From positions 124,001-188,000 of the forward strand of contig MU008174.1 in the NCBI GenBank assembly GCA_010909165.1: DNA of 64,000 nucleotides. The letters are read 5' to 3'. Of this stretch, positions 22,708-35,998 are shown piece after piece (within the stretch, counting starts at the first letter, position 1; each line of letters opens with the position of its first letter). The position numbers were made by a program, and so were the translations under genes. Source of the stretch: Anthoceros angustus. Its lineage: Eukaryota > Plantae > Anthocerotophyta. The notes beneath the pieces were generated by a model. That model had not been told where the DNA came from. It ran no database searches and saw only the letters and a list, made by a program, of their open reading frames with translations.

Positions 22708-25379
22708 CACGATAACTTTTGAAGGGGGGGAATATACTAACCCCCTTCGGTCGACACATCACCCCCTTGTCACGAAGAACACCTTACCTAAAACAGCATA
22801 TTAGCCCTACTTTGATAATGCACACACCCTTTCTGAGGTCATACCAGTGATAAATGCCGCACTTTCAAGTGAACACCCTAGAAATGGAGCACAGTAGGGT
22901 GCGGGCCCGTCTGCATTTTTGTAGAATGTTTAGAGGGCTGCCATTTTCATATGTTTAGTACAACCGAAAACTTTTACTTTGAGTGGTGGAACACAATGAA
23001 AACAATCCTGTCTTAGAGAGTCTCATTTTAATCATCGTAAGAACATTGCAACAAACATCCGCTAAAGGAGGGAGTGGTCATCGGCATCGACAATAGTCAT
23101 TGAAGAGTGCGGCTGGCGACTCATCCATGCCTTGCACCGACACCGAGTCAAGAACCACGCCATATTCGGATGCGGTCCATATCGTCGCCTCAAAGTTATC
23201 GTTCTCCTCCATTGCTTGCTCGTCTTCAATAGTATCATTCATGGGCCCACCATCGGCGGTGTGGGCGCCACACACATCTAGGGTTTGCGACCCTCATCCA
23301 AAAGATCGCCCGATCGTAGTCTTCAACCTTCGGCACTCAATGCAACCACTTGGGCTTTAAGGCAATGCCGTCCTTAAAATGAACAAAGTTAGTTGCCCAT
23401 GCGCCCATGCAAGCATCCTTAAAATCAACAAAGTTGAGTTATTAAAAAGATATGGGTTTTGAACCCTAAACCTATTCATTACTAAAACTTTTTCCTAAAC
23501 ACTAGACCCAAATCCCAAGACGGAAACCAATGGAGCCACTACATATTTATTTTCTCAAAGGCGACCTATGAGGAGGCGCCGGCCGCCCATGGGCGTGTTA
23601 GGGAGGCGCCGGCCGGCGCCATGGGCGGCGCCATGGGCGTGTTGGGGGCCGGCGCCGGCGCCATGGGCAAGGTGCTAGGGGCGCCGGCGGCCGGCGCCAT
23701 GGGCGTGTTAGGGAGGCGCCGCCGGCAGGCGCCATGGGCGGGCGGCGTGTTAGGGGGGGTGCCGGCCGGCCGGCGCCATGGGCGGGCGGCGTGTTAGGGG
23801 GGGCGCCGGCCGCCCATGGGCGGTGTGCTGGGAGGCGCGGCCGGCGCCAAGGAGGCAGGCGTCTTTGGGGGCCGGCCGGCGCCCTCCTCCACCCGCCGCA
23901 CCGACGGTGGTGCTAAGGAGGCGCCGGCCGGCGCCGGCCGGCCGGCCGGCGGCCCACCGATGGGTGGCGTGTAGAGGCGCGGCCGGCGCCTCTGTGAGCT
24001 CACCGTGGGGTGGGCAAGCGTGGTCTTGGCGCCTGGCGGCGCCGGCGGCGCCGCCCTCCCTCCACGCGCCACCCGTCGGTGGGTCTACGTATGGGTGGTG
24101 CGTGGAGGGCGCGGCGGCCGGCGCCGCCGCCCTCCACGCCACCCGTCGGGCATACGGTGGTGGTGCGAGGGAGGCGGCGCCGGGCCGGCGCCATCCCTCC
24201 GCACCACCAGCCTTATGCCCGACGGGTGGTGCGCGGATAGGAGGCGGCCGGCGCCTCCCTCCACGCCACCCGTGGGGCATACGGCTGGTGGTGGTGCGTG
24301 GAGGCGCCGGCGGCCGCCCTCCTCCACCGCCTTATGCCCGACGGGTGGAGGCGCGGCGGCCGGCGGCCGCCGCCCTCCTCCACGCGCCACCCGCCGGTGG
24401 GTCTCGTATGGGTGGTGCGTGGAGGAGGGCGCGCCGCCGGCGCCTCCACGCGCCACCCGTCGGGCATACGGCTGGTGGTGCAGAGGGCGGCGCCGGCCGC
24501 CGCCCTCCCTCCGCACCACTGTAAACCCCGACGGGTGGAGGCGCCGGCGCCTCCCTCCACGCCACCCGTCGGGCATACGGCTGGTGGTGCGAGGCGCCGC
24601 CGCCCTCCCTCCTCCCCGCACCACCTTTATGCCCGACGGGTGGAGCGCGACCCAGGGCGCCGCCGCCGCCCTCCACGTGCCATTGTGGCCTCCTTCCACA
24701 CACCCCATGCGTGGCACTTCCATCGAAAATTCGGTGGGCTAACCTTAGAAGCAACCTTGGAATGAAGGCTAACCTTAGAAGCAAATCTGCGAAATCGAGC
24801 CGACATTTGGTCGTCAGTGTAGAGGTACTCCTCCGGAAACATCATGCGGTGGACAAAAAGCGATAAGGGATAAGCTCTGCGAGTTACGTGGCTTAATACA
24901 ACCTGCGAGTCAAAGTGCCGTTGAAGATAATGATGACAATGCGGGGAGGCTGGACCAAGTGATGACGAAGGATTGAACTACGGGGATGAGTGGCAAATCT
25001 CGTTTTTCCGGGTCCCGAGTTAATGTTGTAAATCAGTTCTTGATATTCTTGTTAGGAAATACCGTCCATGGCTTTTGTGGTGTCATAACAAAACCACATT
25101 TTCCTCCCAAAACTGAGTTTACAGCCGTCCCTTCCCGGCAGGAACGGCCTTCCTCACCGTTCCTACTTTGCATTATTCTCGTAGGTTCGAGTTTGCGACC
25201 ACCATTCGACACAAACATTCTTTGGATGGAAAGTAGTAACTTTCTTGGGTGACACCCTTTTTTGAGTTTATTTTTAATGCCTTCAAAACGCTGTTTTAGG
25301 GCCCATCAATAACCCCCTTCAGAGATTATTTGCGGAAAACCCCCTTCGAGATTATTCACCCCCTTCAAAAATTATCATG
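22708..25379. mobile_element. Non-autonomous TIR DNA element (~2.67 kb) containing a GC-rich array
   Basis: Left end cacgataacttttgaagggggggaata; reverse complement of right end catgataatttttgaagggggtgaata. The flanks share a ttgta core (ggttgtaa / ttttgtag), consistent with a decayed TSD. Confidence 0.7.
23570..24700. repeat. Extremely GC-rich degenerate repeat array with direct and inverted units
   Basis: ggcgccggccggcgccatgggc units, then ccacgccacccgtcgggcatacggctggtggtgc units interleaved with their reverse complement ttatgcccgacgggtgg. Confidence 0.9.
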
Positions 25380-25653
25380 TTTTGTAGGCATCATCTTCCC
25401 TTCCTTCATCGTCTTCGATAAGACCCAATACTTTATACATGTTGAACTTCCAATTCATGGACATATGCACGCCATCCCGTTTGGCTACTAGCAGTTCATC
25501 TCTGAGATATCTTACTTGCTCTATAAATGACATCTTCCACCGTTTGTCCGACAGGGTACTGTGATCAGTTGCCAAAACCCTCATCTCCTGTATGGTCAAC
25601 CCACAATATACATGTGCCTCTATCCATTTGAAACGCTCTTTCACTGGTGATAT

Positions 25654-26200
25654 ATGAGGGAAGTTCCTCAAAAGGATATGTATTTGGGATCTCACCAGAA
25701 TGCAGGTCGACAACAACAAGAAATAGAAAGGATGAATGGAGATGTGAAAGAGATAAGGAAGGGTATGTTCATTGCAACTCCATGCTCAGGAGATACACAT
25801 AACAGGGCTTTCTGGATTGGGAAGGTGGAAAGCGTAGACTTCGATTGTGCGAACCCATTTCTTATGGTCCTTGGTATAGGGGTGAGCACAGATGCATTTG
25901 AAGGAAATATGTTGAGGAGTTCTTTGTTAGAGGACGGATAATCGGCGATCATGAAATGGGAAGAGAGTGGAAAAGAAATTTACCCAAAAACATTGAAACT
26001 ATTTGTGGATAAGACTATTATTCTCTATTATGGGTTCAACCTCAATGCAAGAAAGCACCTTTACGCTTGACAAGAAGGCTATTCGAGATAGAATGAATCA
26101 GCTTCGACCTTATCTGCAGCCTGGAGAGGAGGACAGCGACCAGGAAGTGGATGACGGAGGTCCTTTGGTTGACGAAGGAATTCAGTGTAGCGAAGACTAG
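25654..26200 (+). mobile_element. Second, frameshifted fragment of the Sola-like transposase C-terminus
   Basis: EIRKGMFIATPCSGDTHNRAFWIGKVESVDFDCANPF aligns with EIQIGHMITVPCETDVDNRPFWLAKVLQVDFQCDAPF of 16592..17269. Confidence 0.7.
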
Positions 26201-27489
26201 AGATTTGCGGTTTCTATGTTCATGATACAGTCAGCGTATGTTGGGTTACTAGTTTCATACTTAGGCGGCAGCTAGTAGTTAGGTTGGCTGTGCACTCCTC
26301 ACACGTTTGGACATCGCTATCTAATGAAGGCGTTTACTGGGTCCATGCTTGTACGTGTTCTACCAGTTGTATTGCGATATGCTCTGATGGGCGCCGGCAT
26401 GCCGCCTCCACCGCCTTGTCTCCTCTCCTAGCCATGGCTCCTCCTCATATGTTTGAACATTTGTCAGAAGGGACGGCATTTGGCGGGTCCATGCGTCCAC
26501 TTGCCATCCAGGCAATCGCGCCCCTTCCTTGTACTCAAACGGCCCATCTTCCTGCCTCCACTGACGGCCGCGCTCCTTCAAAAGGGCACCCTACCGCGGT
26601 AGTCTGGCAGACTACCGGGGTAGGCTGACTACCTATCATGGTAGTCTGGTCCCTATCTCCTTCCCTCTTCCTCATCAGTGATGGTCCCTGGGGTTGAGAT
26701 CCTTTTTGCTCCTTTCCTGTTGTTTAATTTGTCCATACCTATCATGGAGCATGTCTTCAAAGGTTCCTCCCCCCATTTGCTGACCGATGTTGTCACCTCG
26801 CTAATTCCTCCGGGCCTTCTTTGCGTTGGTCTCCTCTCCTAGCCATGGCTCCTCCCTTATCCGTGGGGTGAGGGAATTTCTTACCCCTCCCCCTTCCTCG
26901 ACGGGTCGGACCCCGTCCTTGTCTTCCACCGGTGGGGCTGCTTCTCCCACCGCCTTGTCTCCTCCCCCCAGGGGGTGTATTGTCGGACCCCCTGGCTCCT
27001 TCATCCTCAATCAGGCCTCGTGGCACCGGGCTCCCCAGGTCCCACGCCCGTGAGTACACCTTCTGTGAGTCGCGGACTACCGGCGTGAGTGACCCTGCAG
27101 TAGTCAGCGGACCCAAAGTGGGGTGGTCACCTACCGTGGTAGGGTGACCCCCTACCTTGCTTCCTGCGCCATCTCCTTCCTTTGGCGCCGAGGACTCATC
27201 CCTCTCCTTTTCCTTGCTGTCTCACTAGCTCTTCCTCCTCCAATAGGATGGCCCGTGCTCTCTTAGCCACAGGATCATCTTCATCTTCATCCCTCTCCTT
27301 CACTTGTGGAACAAGTGACCTCCTTGCTCCCACACTTATGTTGGTAGGTTGAGCTCCTCTTTGTGATTTCTCGTTCCCTCCTAGGGCGACAACCTCCTCC
27401 TTAACATCTCCTGCGGGGCCAAAGTACTCGCCTTCCCTACCATCGCACTCCCCTCAATAGCCCTTGCATCCATTGTCTCCTTCGACAGA

Positions 27490-27572
27490 TCTACGCCGGT
27501 AGGCTGCCTCCCTACGCCGGTAGGCTGCCTGCCTACGGTGGTAGGTTGCCTGCCTACGGTGGTAGGTTGCCT
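27490..27572. repeat. 20-bp tandem repeat x4
   Basis: ctacg(cc/gt)ggtagg(c/t)tgcct units. Confidence 0.85.
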
Positions 27573-27589
27573 TCTGTCATATGTAGTCA

Positions 27590-28420
27590 GTCGAGCCTCT
27601 GCTCACATCTGTCATACCAAGTTCTTCTTTTCTTCTTATGAGCCCATCCAACAGGGTAGCTTTGTCCTATTAGGAGACAATAGTGGCCTCATTGTCCAAG
27701 GGAGAGGCACAGTCCAACTTGTATGTGCAGTACAATTTACTGTTTGTTAGACAGTTAACCTTGTCCCCAAAATATAAAGTGCATTTCAATAGTGAGACAT
27801 GTGTCATACAAGCGCCATTGCCGTAGCCGGCAGTAGCTGAGGGACCGTCCCTCTTACAGCCGTCCGACTTTGTACTACGTCCTACACCCATATGTTTGTG
27901 TGAAGGGAGGCCATATCATGATCTCTACCATCTTAAATTAGAGTCATTTTCAGTTTCTAATCTTGCACAGCTCACAAAAACTCATTTATCCATTTTGTGG
28001 CACTATCGTTTAGCTCATGCTAGTTATCACAAGCTTAGAAAACTTAATACCACCACTTTATATTCAAACCCCTTACCTTCATTTTATGAGGCCCCTTTTT
28101 GTGAAAGCTGTATAGTTATATGCCAGGTGGGTTGCTGTAGAGACGACCTCAGCCTAGTACACCTTGGATAAGTGAGAGCTGTGCAAGAAGAATCACCTGC
28201 CCACTTCCGCTGTTGAAGGCAAAACACCATTTGAGGCCTGGATTGGTAGCAAACCCTCTTTGCTACATCTGCGTATGTTGGAGCCCTTGCGTATTCCCAC
28301 AACCCCAAATAACTGCATCCCAAGTTGAATTTCAAGGTTATCAAGTTGCTCTTTGTTGGTACACGAAAGGCATAAAAGGATACAAGCTTGTGAACTCTCA
28401 GGCACTACAACAAATGGGCT
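27590..28420 (+). mobile_element. Ty1/copia pol remnant (protease, GAG-pre-integrase, integrase tail)
   Basis: SRASAHIC...VLLGDNSGLIVQGRGTV, LWHYRLAH...FCESC, GKTPFEAWIGSKPS and KGYKL motifs, with deletions and frameshifts. Confidence 0.8.
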
Positions 28421-28477
28421 TTTGTAACAATGTGGGCAATACTTTTTGTAACATGAAAAAATGTTGTTTCAGGTGCA

Positions 28478-28630
28478 GCGCCTGCAGGTTAGGGTGCATA
28501 TAGCATTTGTAACCCTGGTTGGGTAGCCTCCAAGCAGGCAGTTATGGTGCATATAGCATTTGTAACCCTGCAGGCGGTTTAAGCGCATATAGCACTTGTA
28601 ACCCTGATTGGGTAGCCTCCTGGCAGGCGG
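28478..28630. repeat. Short tandem repeats
   Basis: gcatatagca(t/c)ttgtaaccctg x3. Confidence 0.75.
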
Positions 28631-29058
28631 TCCGTGCGTGTGTCCTGGCAGCTGGAGAAGCGTTGATGATCGATGTGCGGTGAGCGTGGATCGATTACGC
28701 CCTTCAGATCTTCATGCTGACGCTCTCCCAACAGAGCTATCCCCGAATAAAGGAAGATTAGGAACGTGAGTAAAACTTATACACGTCAATAATGGAAAAA
28801 TTCACATTCCAACTGCGAATTGCGTTATTTCATCTCTTTGTCTTTTGTAAACGTGACAACGTGGAAGAAACATATAAATTCTACTAAAAAAAATTCACAA
28901 AAATTGAATGATAATGGGGCCCTCTCCCAAGGATGAGCTACTCCACAACAGGAGCCTCCAGTCTCAAAACCCGTGGCTCGGTCTACGCAATGATACAAAG
29001 CCAGGCTAGAATAGCCATATGGTACAAGTAACAACACTGAACCTACTCCAGCGCTTCC

Positions 29059-32000
29059 TCATTTACCGGATACAGGGAGAAAAGAAGCAAACAGGCCGCG
29101 AATGTGAGGGTCTGCCATGAACGACGTCTCCCAGAGACCAAGCCCCGAGTTCCTTGCAAGTTCAATAACAGTAACCTGCAAGCCCCAAGGATGAGGTCTC
29201 CGAGCTACGTACCGCTCAATCAGCACACGAGCAATCTGTTCTCTCCATGTCTCGTCCTTGAACTTGGCAAACAGATACAGCAGCACACATGAGAAGTAGT
29301 GTGTGTGGCTGTTTGGGTAACGCAACTGATCCGCCAGAGCGCTGCAAAACAAATGCCGCCCTTCCCTGTCCAGTTCCACCATCAAGGAGTGGAAGATGGC
29401 CATCGGGGCATTCCTGCCAATCTGTTTCGCCTGCGAATCCTGAGTTGGTGACTGCAGAATCTTGATCGCCTCAATGCCCACATGAAGAACTAGAGCACGC
29501 AACAAAGGTACATTGTACTGAGTGCCTGCTTTCCTCACCTCATCCTCAGAAAGCATGAGCCGTTGCTTCAGATTCAGGGTAGACAGAGACTCCGGATGCC
29601 ATGTCCTGAGGTACTGATCCACTTCCGATTTGAGGTCATCATCTCCTAACCCAACATCAGACAAGATGCGAGGGGCCACCTTCATATCGGGCAGCATATC
29701 CACTTTAAGATTCGCAGACAGAGGGTCGGGCAATGTGATACTCCGAGGGAATGCACTCAATATCAAGTTCCGCATCTGTATGCATGTTGGAGGGATCTCT
29801 GCACAAAGGCTGAAGTAATACGCACAGAGAAACTCAGGGAAGTCATGGACCAGGACCAGGAGCACCCTCAGTGTGCCCTTGTATAGAGTCCGCATAGACT
29901 CAGCCAAAACAGCAACCCGCAAGGAAGGTTCCATGAACCGGAGATGGGCCACGAGCAACCTGTGAAACAATGGCCACCCAGACTCGGCACTGGTTAATAG
30001 CAACCTTGGCATAAACTTGCGATGGCTCACCAGCTCCCACCATGCAAAGGTCCAACAAGGTAGTCTCGACGGTTGGAGAGCCAAAAATGCATTTCCAAAC
30101 GTGTTAAGAATCGGCAACTTCGCTGTGTCCCACTCTGTCACACTGAAATCAATCAGCCATGTCACAAATAGCCGGAAATACAGCCGAGGATGGAAATTGT
30201 GTGTCTTCTCATCAGCATTCTTCTGAATGACATGCACAGTCACCCTCAGAATCTTCTTCAGAAGATTCACTCCAGCCATCTTCGGCTCCCCTGCATCCCG
30301 CTTCACCAACAGCACCACCAACTTGGCAAATGTATCAATTGCAGCAAATGAAAGACCCTCCTCAGATTGAAACAGGCTCACAGGTGGAGCATCTGAATTC
30401 AGGCTATGCGTCACAGCAAGCTCCAACAGATTTTGGAAAAATAGGTCAAAGGTGTCGTCTCTATCCAGAAACCCAGAACGTTGCAGCTGAGACATGTAAT
30501 CCATACAAACCTTATCGCTGGGCACCGCAGTTTCACAAATGACCATCCACTTCTGAAAAAACCGAGCAGCCTGGTCTCTAAGGCTTGCCTGCTCACGAAG
30601 GCTAGCACCATCAAGAACCACATTATCACCACTTGCAAGCAGGGCTCCACCCTCTTTCTGCTGCTCTGTACCAGGGTACAGCATAAGCTTCTGTGTCAAG
30701 CTTCCTTCCCTCCCACCAACCCCACCTAGAACAGCTCCGGATGGTATATTCTTGCCCTCCTTCAGAATGTCCCGCAGCACCTTAGGGGAGCCAGGGCGTT
30801 GAGCAAAACGTTGCAGTGCATCATTCACATGAATGAAGTCCGAAGCATTTACACCAACCTTTTCAGTGTCCAGGGCCCGAAACAAATGGACTGCATACTT
30901 GATGAAAGCTGTATTTCGCCCGCTCTCTATCAGTTTTGCCAAATACTGATCATAAGCAGGCACATACATCAGCTTGGCTCGGATGAGCTCCACAACGATT
31001 TTGAAGTTCAGCTTCTTGTCCTGATCTGATGGATAGATCATCCACTTTGTGATCTCCTTCACCAGGCCACCAGACACATCCCGCAGAGACTCCAGTACCG
31101 ACACATATACTGAGCAATGAAGGTGACTTGATGGCTCCTCAAAAATTCGCCTCAACACCTCCTCGAGCACAGCTATAGCTGCTTCTTCTCTCCTGACACA
31201 GCGACTGACAACCCCTGCGATCCTTACTGGAAACAGCCAGACATCGTGGTCAGAGGGCAACGTAGGGATGCCAAACGCCATCGCTTTTGACACAGCTGTA
31301 CCCAGGTCACGCAGATGAGCCTCGCATTGCTCCAGTGCCTCCGCTGTTGAGAAGTTTGAGACATTGTTCATTGCCAAACTATCATCCAATCCTGAAGATG
31401 GCAAGGACGTCACAGGGCTAGCTGGATTTCCATTAGATTCAGATGTCAAATCCAGCAAACTGGCACCATCCTCATTGTGACTTGGTTTTTTGTCCTGCAA
31501 TTGAATCGCCTCATCGAAAAGAGCATTGGACACAAAACCCATTGGCAGGCGTGCAGAGGGATCTAGCTCTTCATCAGGCATCTCTGGAATATGCACTCCC
31601 ACACTAGCAATAGGTTCTGCAGGAAAAGAGTAGCCTCCCGATTCGGGGAACGGTCCAGGGGCAGTAGCAACCTTTGCAGCCATCACATTCTTCTGTGGAA
31701 GAAGAAGGGCATATCCCTCATAAGCTTGTTGCCAAGAATTTGAAGATCTCACAGTAGTTGGCTGCTGCACATCATGACTTTGCCGAGAAAACCTTGATCC
31801 TTCAAAGCCTGAGGCTTCAAAAGGGGAGCCTGCCTGCCTCCTTGCAGCTTCTGTTTCTGCATGCTTCTTCATCCTTGCCAAAGCAAACCTTATCGTGGCA
31901 TCCTCCACAGCCCCAAAGCCAAGACTGAGATTATCTGTAGTGACAAGCTCAACAGCTTGCCCTAAGATTTCGCCTTGTATATTCAAACCTTTAGACAGCA

Positions 32001-35000
32001 TCAATGCAATGTTATTGTACATGGCATTCCGGAATAAGTCCTTGCAAAGCCCTGCTAGACGGCTTGAAAGGCCAGCAACCATGATGTATGCAGCTTCCTG
32101 TGCAGAACCAGGGTCTTCTCCTGCATAATCTTTTGCTACAAGAACTGTAGTTGTCTTGCAAGCAAGCGCCAAATAGTGCTCCAAAATATACTGCAATGTT
32201 TCCTGAATGGCTTTCTCCATGCCTTTCTGGACTAGAACTCGAAACTTCTCTCCACAAGATAACAGCCTCTGATTCATGATGACACTGGGTGGCACCGACA
32301 TAGAACTAGGAACAATGGAGCTAGGTGGTTGATAAGAGACACCAAGATCAACACCTAGTTGTCCTGACCTTCGCATCCCATGCCCTGAGCCCGACTCTTC
32401 ATAAGAAGGCGCCAAGGTAGGGGCCACATGAGGTACAGAAATCCAGGACTTGCCCATCGTCACACCTGAAGATGACACATCAGGAGGCGGCTCAACCTGT
32501 GCAAGTGCTGATTTTTCTTCCTTCACAGCTACCTGCTGGGAGACTCCGGTGCTTCTCCATCTGAAATCAACATTGCCCTCTACTAAATGCGTCCGACCCA
32601 CAAGCAGTTCTGATGGCCTTACAGTCTGCAATTCCACATTGATGTTTTTAAAGAGAATCTCGATCTCAAACTGCAGGTTCTTCTGCAAGTTTTCGAGGAC
32701 ATAAATCTCAGCAAGTAAACCAAGGATGGCTGTTGTCCAGGGATTAGGAGGCCTGTACACATGAGAATTCTGACATGCCTCCAGGATCTTGCACGTAAAA
32801 GGAAGAACAGCAAACATAAGTCCCTTTTCATAGGCCTCTATGAGCAAGCCTTTTGGATCCAGATCTCGAGCTCTCAACACCTGATTCCTCCCTATGGTAA
32901 GCTTGCCCAGCCAGGCACCAAGATGTTTCAAAAGAGATCGTTCTCCAGCGTTATTCCTGAGAAGCGGAGAATTCAAAAGAACTTTGCAATTCTCATAAGT
33001 AGCTTGGATAACTTCATTCAGCAGACTCTTCGTACTGATAGCATCCAGGAATTTAAGGTACAGATCATGGAAATTGGGCTCAATACTAGCCCTCTCAACA
33101 ACCAAATACTGAGCAAACCAGACAAGATACTGATCCTGCAACACAGCTTTAAACTCCTTTGCTTTGAGCTCAAGATTTCCCGTCGAAATATTATTAACTA
33201 TAAACGTGAGCTTACTCCTCACCTCAGAATCAGGTGTTGGGACTGAAGATTTGCTTCTGGCTGCTAGGAGAGTGTTGATAGGAAGGGCATGACCCATGGA
33301 GTCAGAAGTCTGATCCGCTTCCAAAACTGATTGGGCTGATACCCCATTGCTTGCCATTCCCCACCCAAGTTGCCGCCCTTGTGGACTTCCACGAGTCTCC
33401 TGCTGAGATAGATCATCCAACCTCTCCGATGGTAGCTGACCTGCAGATTGTGATAACGGCGGCAGCTGCTGCTGTGATAGAGATATCTGCTTCACCTGCT
33501 TCGGCGCCAGTAGAGCATCACTTGCCAGTGTTACAGAAGGCACACTCTTTACGAGTTCAAGACCCGAAAGACCTGTTACATTTGAGTTCAAGGGAGGGAC
33601 TACGATCGCTGCTATGGATGCTCCTTCTTCTAAAAGCAATGCCAACTCTCCGTAAGACTCCCTTGGGTGCGGTAGCTGCAGAATTGACTTACAGAACCCA
33701 GGATAAGCAATTAGCCGTTCCTTGCATTGTTCCAGAGCAACCAAGCCAAAGCTGAACAGTTTGGAGTGCATAGGATTTCCCAGTGCAGCTTGGATATATC
33801 TGACCCCCAGCTCCGTAACTTTGGGAGAAACCTGAATGAGTGACCCAAAGGCACGTGCTATGGCATGCCGCTCCTTCTCCTGTAAATCTGGAAATCGCAT
33901 AAATTGATTACAGAGAGTCCTGAGCATCACGTCAGGTTGCTCATTCATGCTACGAAGTGCACCCTTGAAGGCTTCTGTACCGGAGCCTGTAGAAGTCAGC
34001 CACCACCCCAGTAAGTTTGTAACAGGCACACAGTGACCAGAAGTTTACAACAGGCAAGCAAGGACAAACTGTAACTCGGAGAATCAGGTCAAGTCAAGTC
34101 ACAGAGATGTAGAGGAGCAAGATACCTTCCAAGACAACTTTGAAAAACACTGCCTGCACGGGCAGAGGCAGAGGACCTGAAATTGGTGAGGACCTCCCTG
34201 GCTCACTTTCTGCTGCTTTGCTTTGCAAGAACGTCACACATGCCCGCAACATAACATCCTTTTGAAAGCTAAGGTGCTTCTCAAGCCACCTCTCCAGGTC
34301 CGCTAAACTTTCCTTCCAATGCATGACAGCAACATCAATGGAGAAAGAAAATGGAGCTGCATCTAACACGTGCTGTAGTTCCTCCAGTTTCAAACATTGC
34401 TCTACAGATTTGAGCGCAGTGTTTGGATCCCTGGCATGCACGCTTATCAGGGTACGAGTCACAATGTCAGAATTCGCACGCCACAGCTGGCGTACATTAG
34501 ACCTGTTGCTGTCCACATTCTCTCCAAGAATAAGCTGGGGTACAAGCATGGTCAACAAATCTGTTCGCACAACATTCCACTCTGTTTTTATCTCCGCCAC
34601 CTTCATCATCAACAGCCCAGGATTCCAGTTCACGAGGTTCTTCAGCACTGGCCGCAAAGAGCCAGCATGGCCCATCTCTGCTAACTGGCAAAGCACCGCT
34701 GACATGTCATAAGAGTTCCACTGTTGGGCATCATACGGAGACTTGCAGTCACGCCAACCCTTCTCATCCGACTGTTTATCTGGCGTCAGCGGAAACGGAA
34801 TACCATCGGGAGACCCTGCCAACGCATACTTCAGAAACGAGAGCTGGGCGTCGTGGTTCTTCCACACCCGTCCCACCACCCGGTGTATGGGAAAATTATC
34901 CTGCGACACCTCCTTGAAGAAGGACAAAAGTGCATCAAACGCCTTTTGATCAGGCACAACGAACCCCTCATGGTCCAACTGCTCCATCACCGCAACCCAG

Positions 35001-35998
35001 TCCAAATTGGGATGACACCCTTGCAGAGTATCTCGAAGCACATCCACATCCCAAGCAGTCAAGGACTGGCTCTCGGCAGCCGGCAGCGCAGACGTGCTGC
35101 AAAACGCCTGGGCAAAAGGGCCGTAAGCTCCAGCAGCAGGATCCAGCCCAGTATGCGTGCGTGCAACCATGCCAACCACCTTGGCAACCTCAGCCTCGGT
35201 GATGGCAGGAAAAACCGAGAACAGCTCGGTGCACCGTTGCCGGTCCGAAGCACACTCATACCCCAGCTCCTCAGCCACATGCGCAACATCCGCAGCCCCA
35301 GCCAGCTCCTCCATTAGGTCATCGCGGTCGTGGTACGAGTCCCCCGCCACCTGCTCGAACGTCCGCAAACAATTCACCTCACTCCCCTCCCCGGCCCCCA
35401 GCGGGGCCAGCAGCAGCGACTGCTCCGCCTTCCGCTGCACCCCCGGCACAGACCCCAAAGACACCAACGAAACCCTCCCGCCCGCCCGATTCGGTGCAGA
35501 TGGCACGACAGCTGGTGCAGCAACTCCTCCGACAGCTCGGCACCGGAAGCCTGCAACAAATCCGCCAACGCCTGGGCGCAGAACCGCTGGCTCTCCCGCC
35601 GCCGGCTCTTGTCCTCAGCACAGCCCCAGCGCAAGCCCTAGCAGCAGTCGCTCCGGCAGCCCCAACTCCAGGGCCTGGCACAGGTCCCGCAAGAACTGGT
35701 CGCTGAGGCCCCGGATCTGCCGCACCGCCTCGCACAGCAGGGTGGGGAAATTCGGCTGCGGCAGAAGCTGCCGTATCACGCTCTCCAGCAGCTTCCTCTT
35801 GAAGTTCACCTCCCCGTCCCCCTCGGCTCCCGCCTCCTCCACATACCCTTCCTCCAGACATCCCCGCAACACCGTCAAGCTCCCATTCAAACCGCCCCCG
35901 ACCTTGTTCAGCTCCCCGGCCTCCACATCCCCGCACCCGCTGCGGCCGGGAGCCATCGACTCCACATGCCGCCCCAGCCAAGTCCCCACGCAAGCCAT
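29059..35998 (-). CDS. NOT1: CCR4-NOT scaffold subunit NOT1-like, almost intronless (predicted intron 33987-34125); the 5' end contains at least two apparent frameshifts (~35625, ~35480)
   Basis: N-terminal PNFPTLLCEA and LDWVAVMEQLDHEGF. MIF4G/CAF1-binding region FIVNNIS...WFAQYLVVERASIEPNFHDLY and LLKHLGAWLGKLT. C-terminal NOT1 domain LVHDFPEFL, CIQMRNLILSAFP, LRYPNSHTHYFS and RPHPWGL. Confidence 0.9.

Larger units (their letters stand above)
22226..25650 (-). pseudogene. Transposon-associated ORF split by the 22708-25379 insertion (weak ParB-like C-terminal motif)
   Basis: ...EDDAY| at 25385 rejoins |NQNKVDNRTHILCIAKLEG at 22706 in frame once the insertion is removed. The upstream part has WIEAHVYCGLT..EMRVLA..H.....KMSFIEQVRYLR. 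Confidence 0.55.

Noticed and set aside
23734-24845. Many overlapping long Arg/Gly/Pro/Ala ORFs
   Set aside because: By-product of the extreme GC repeat lacking stop codons in all frames.
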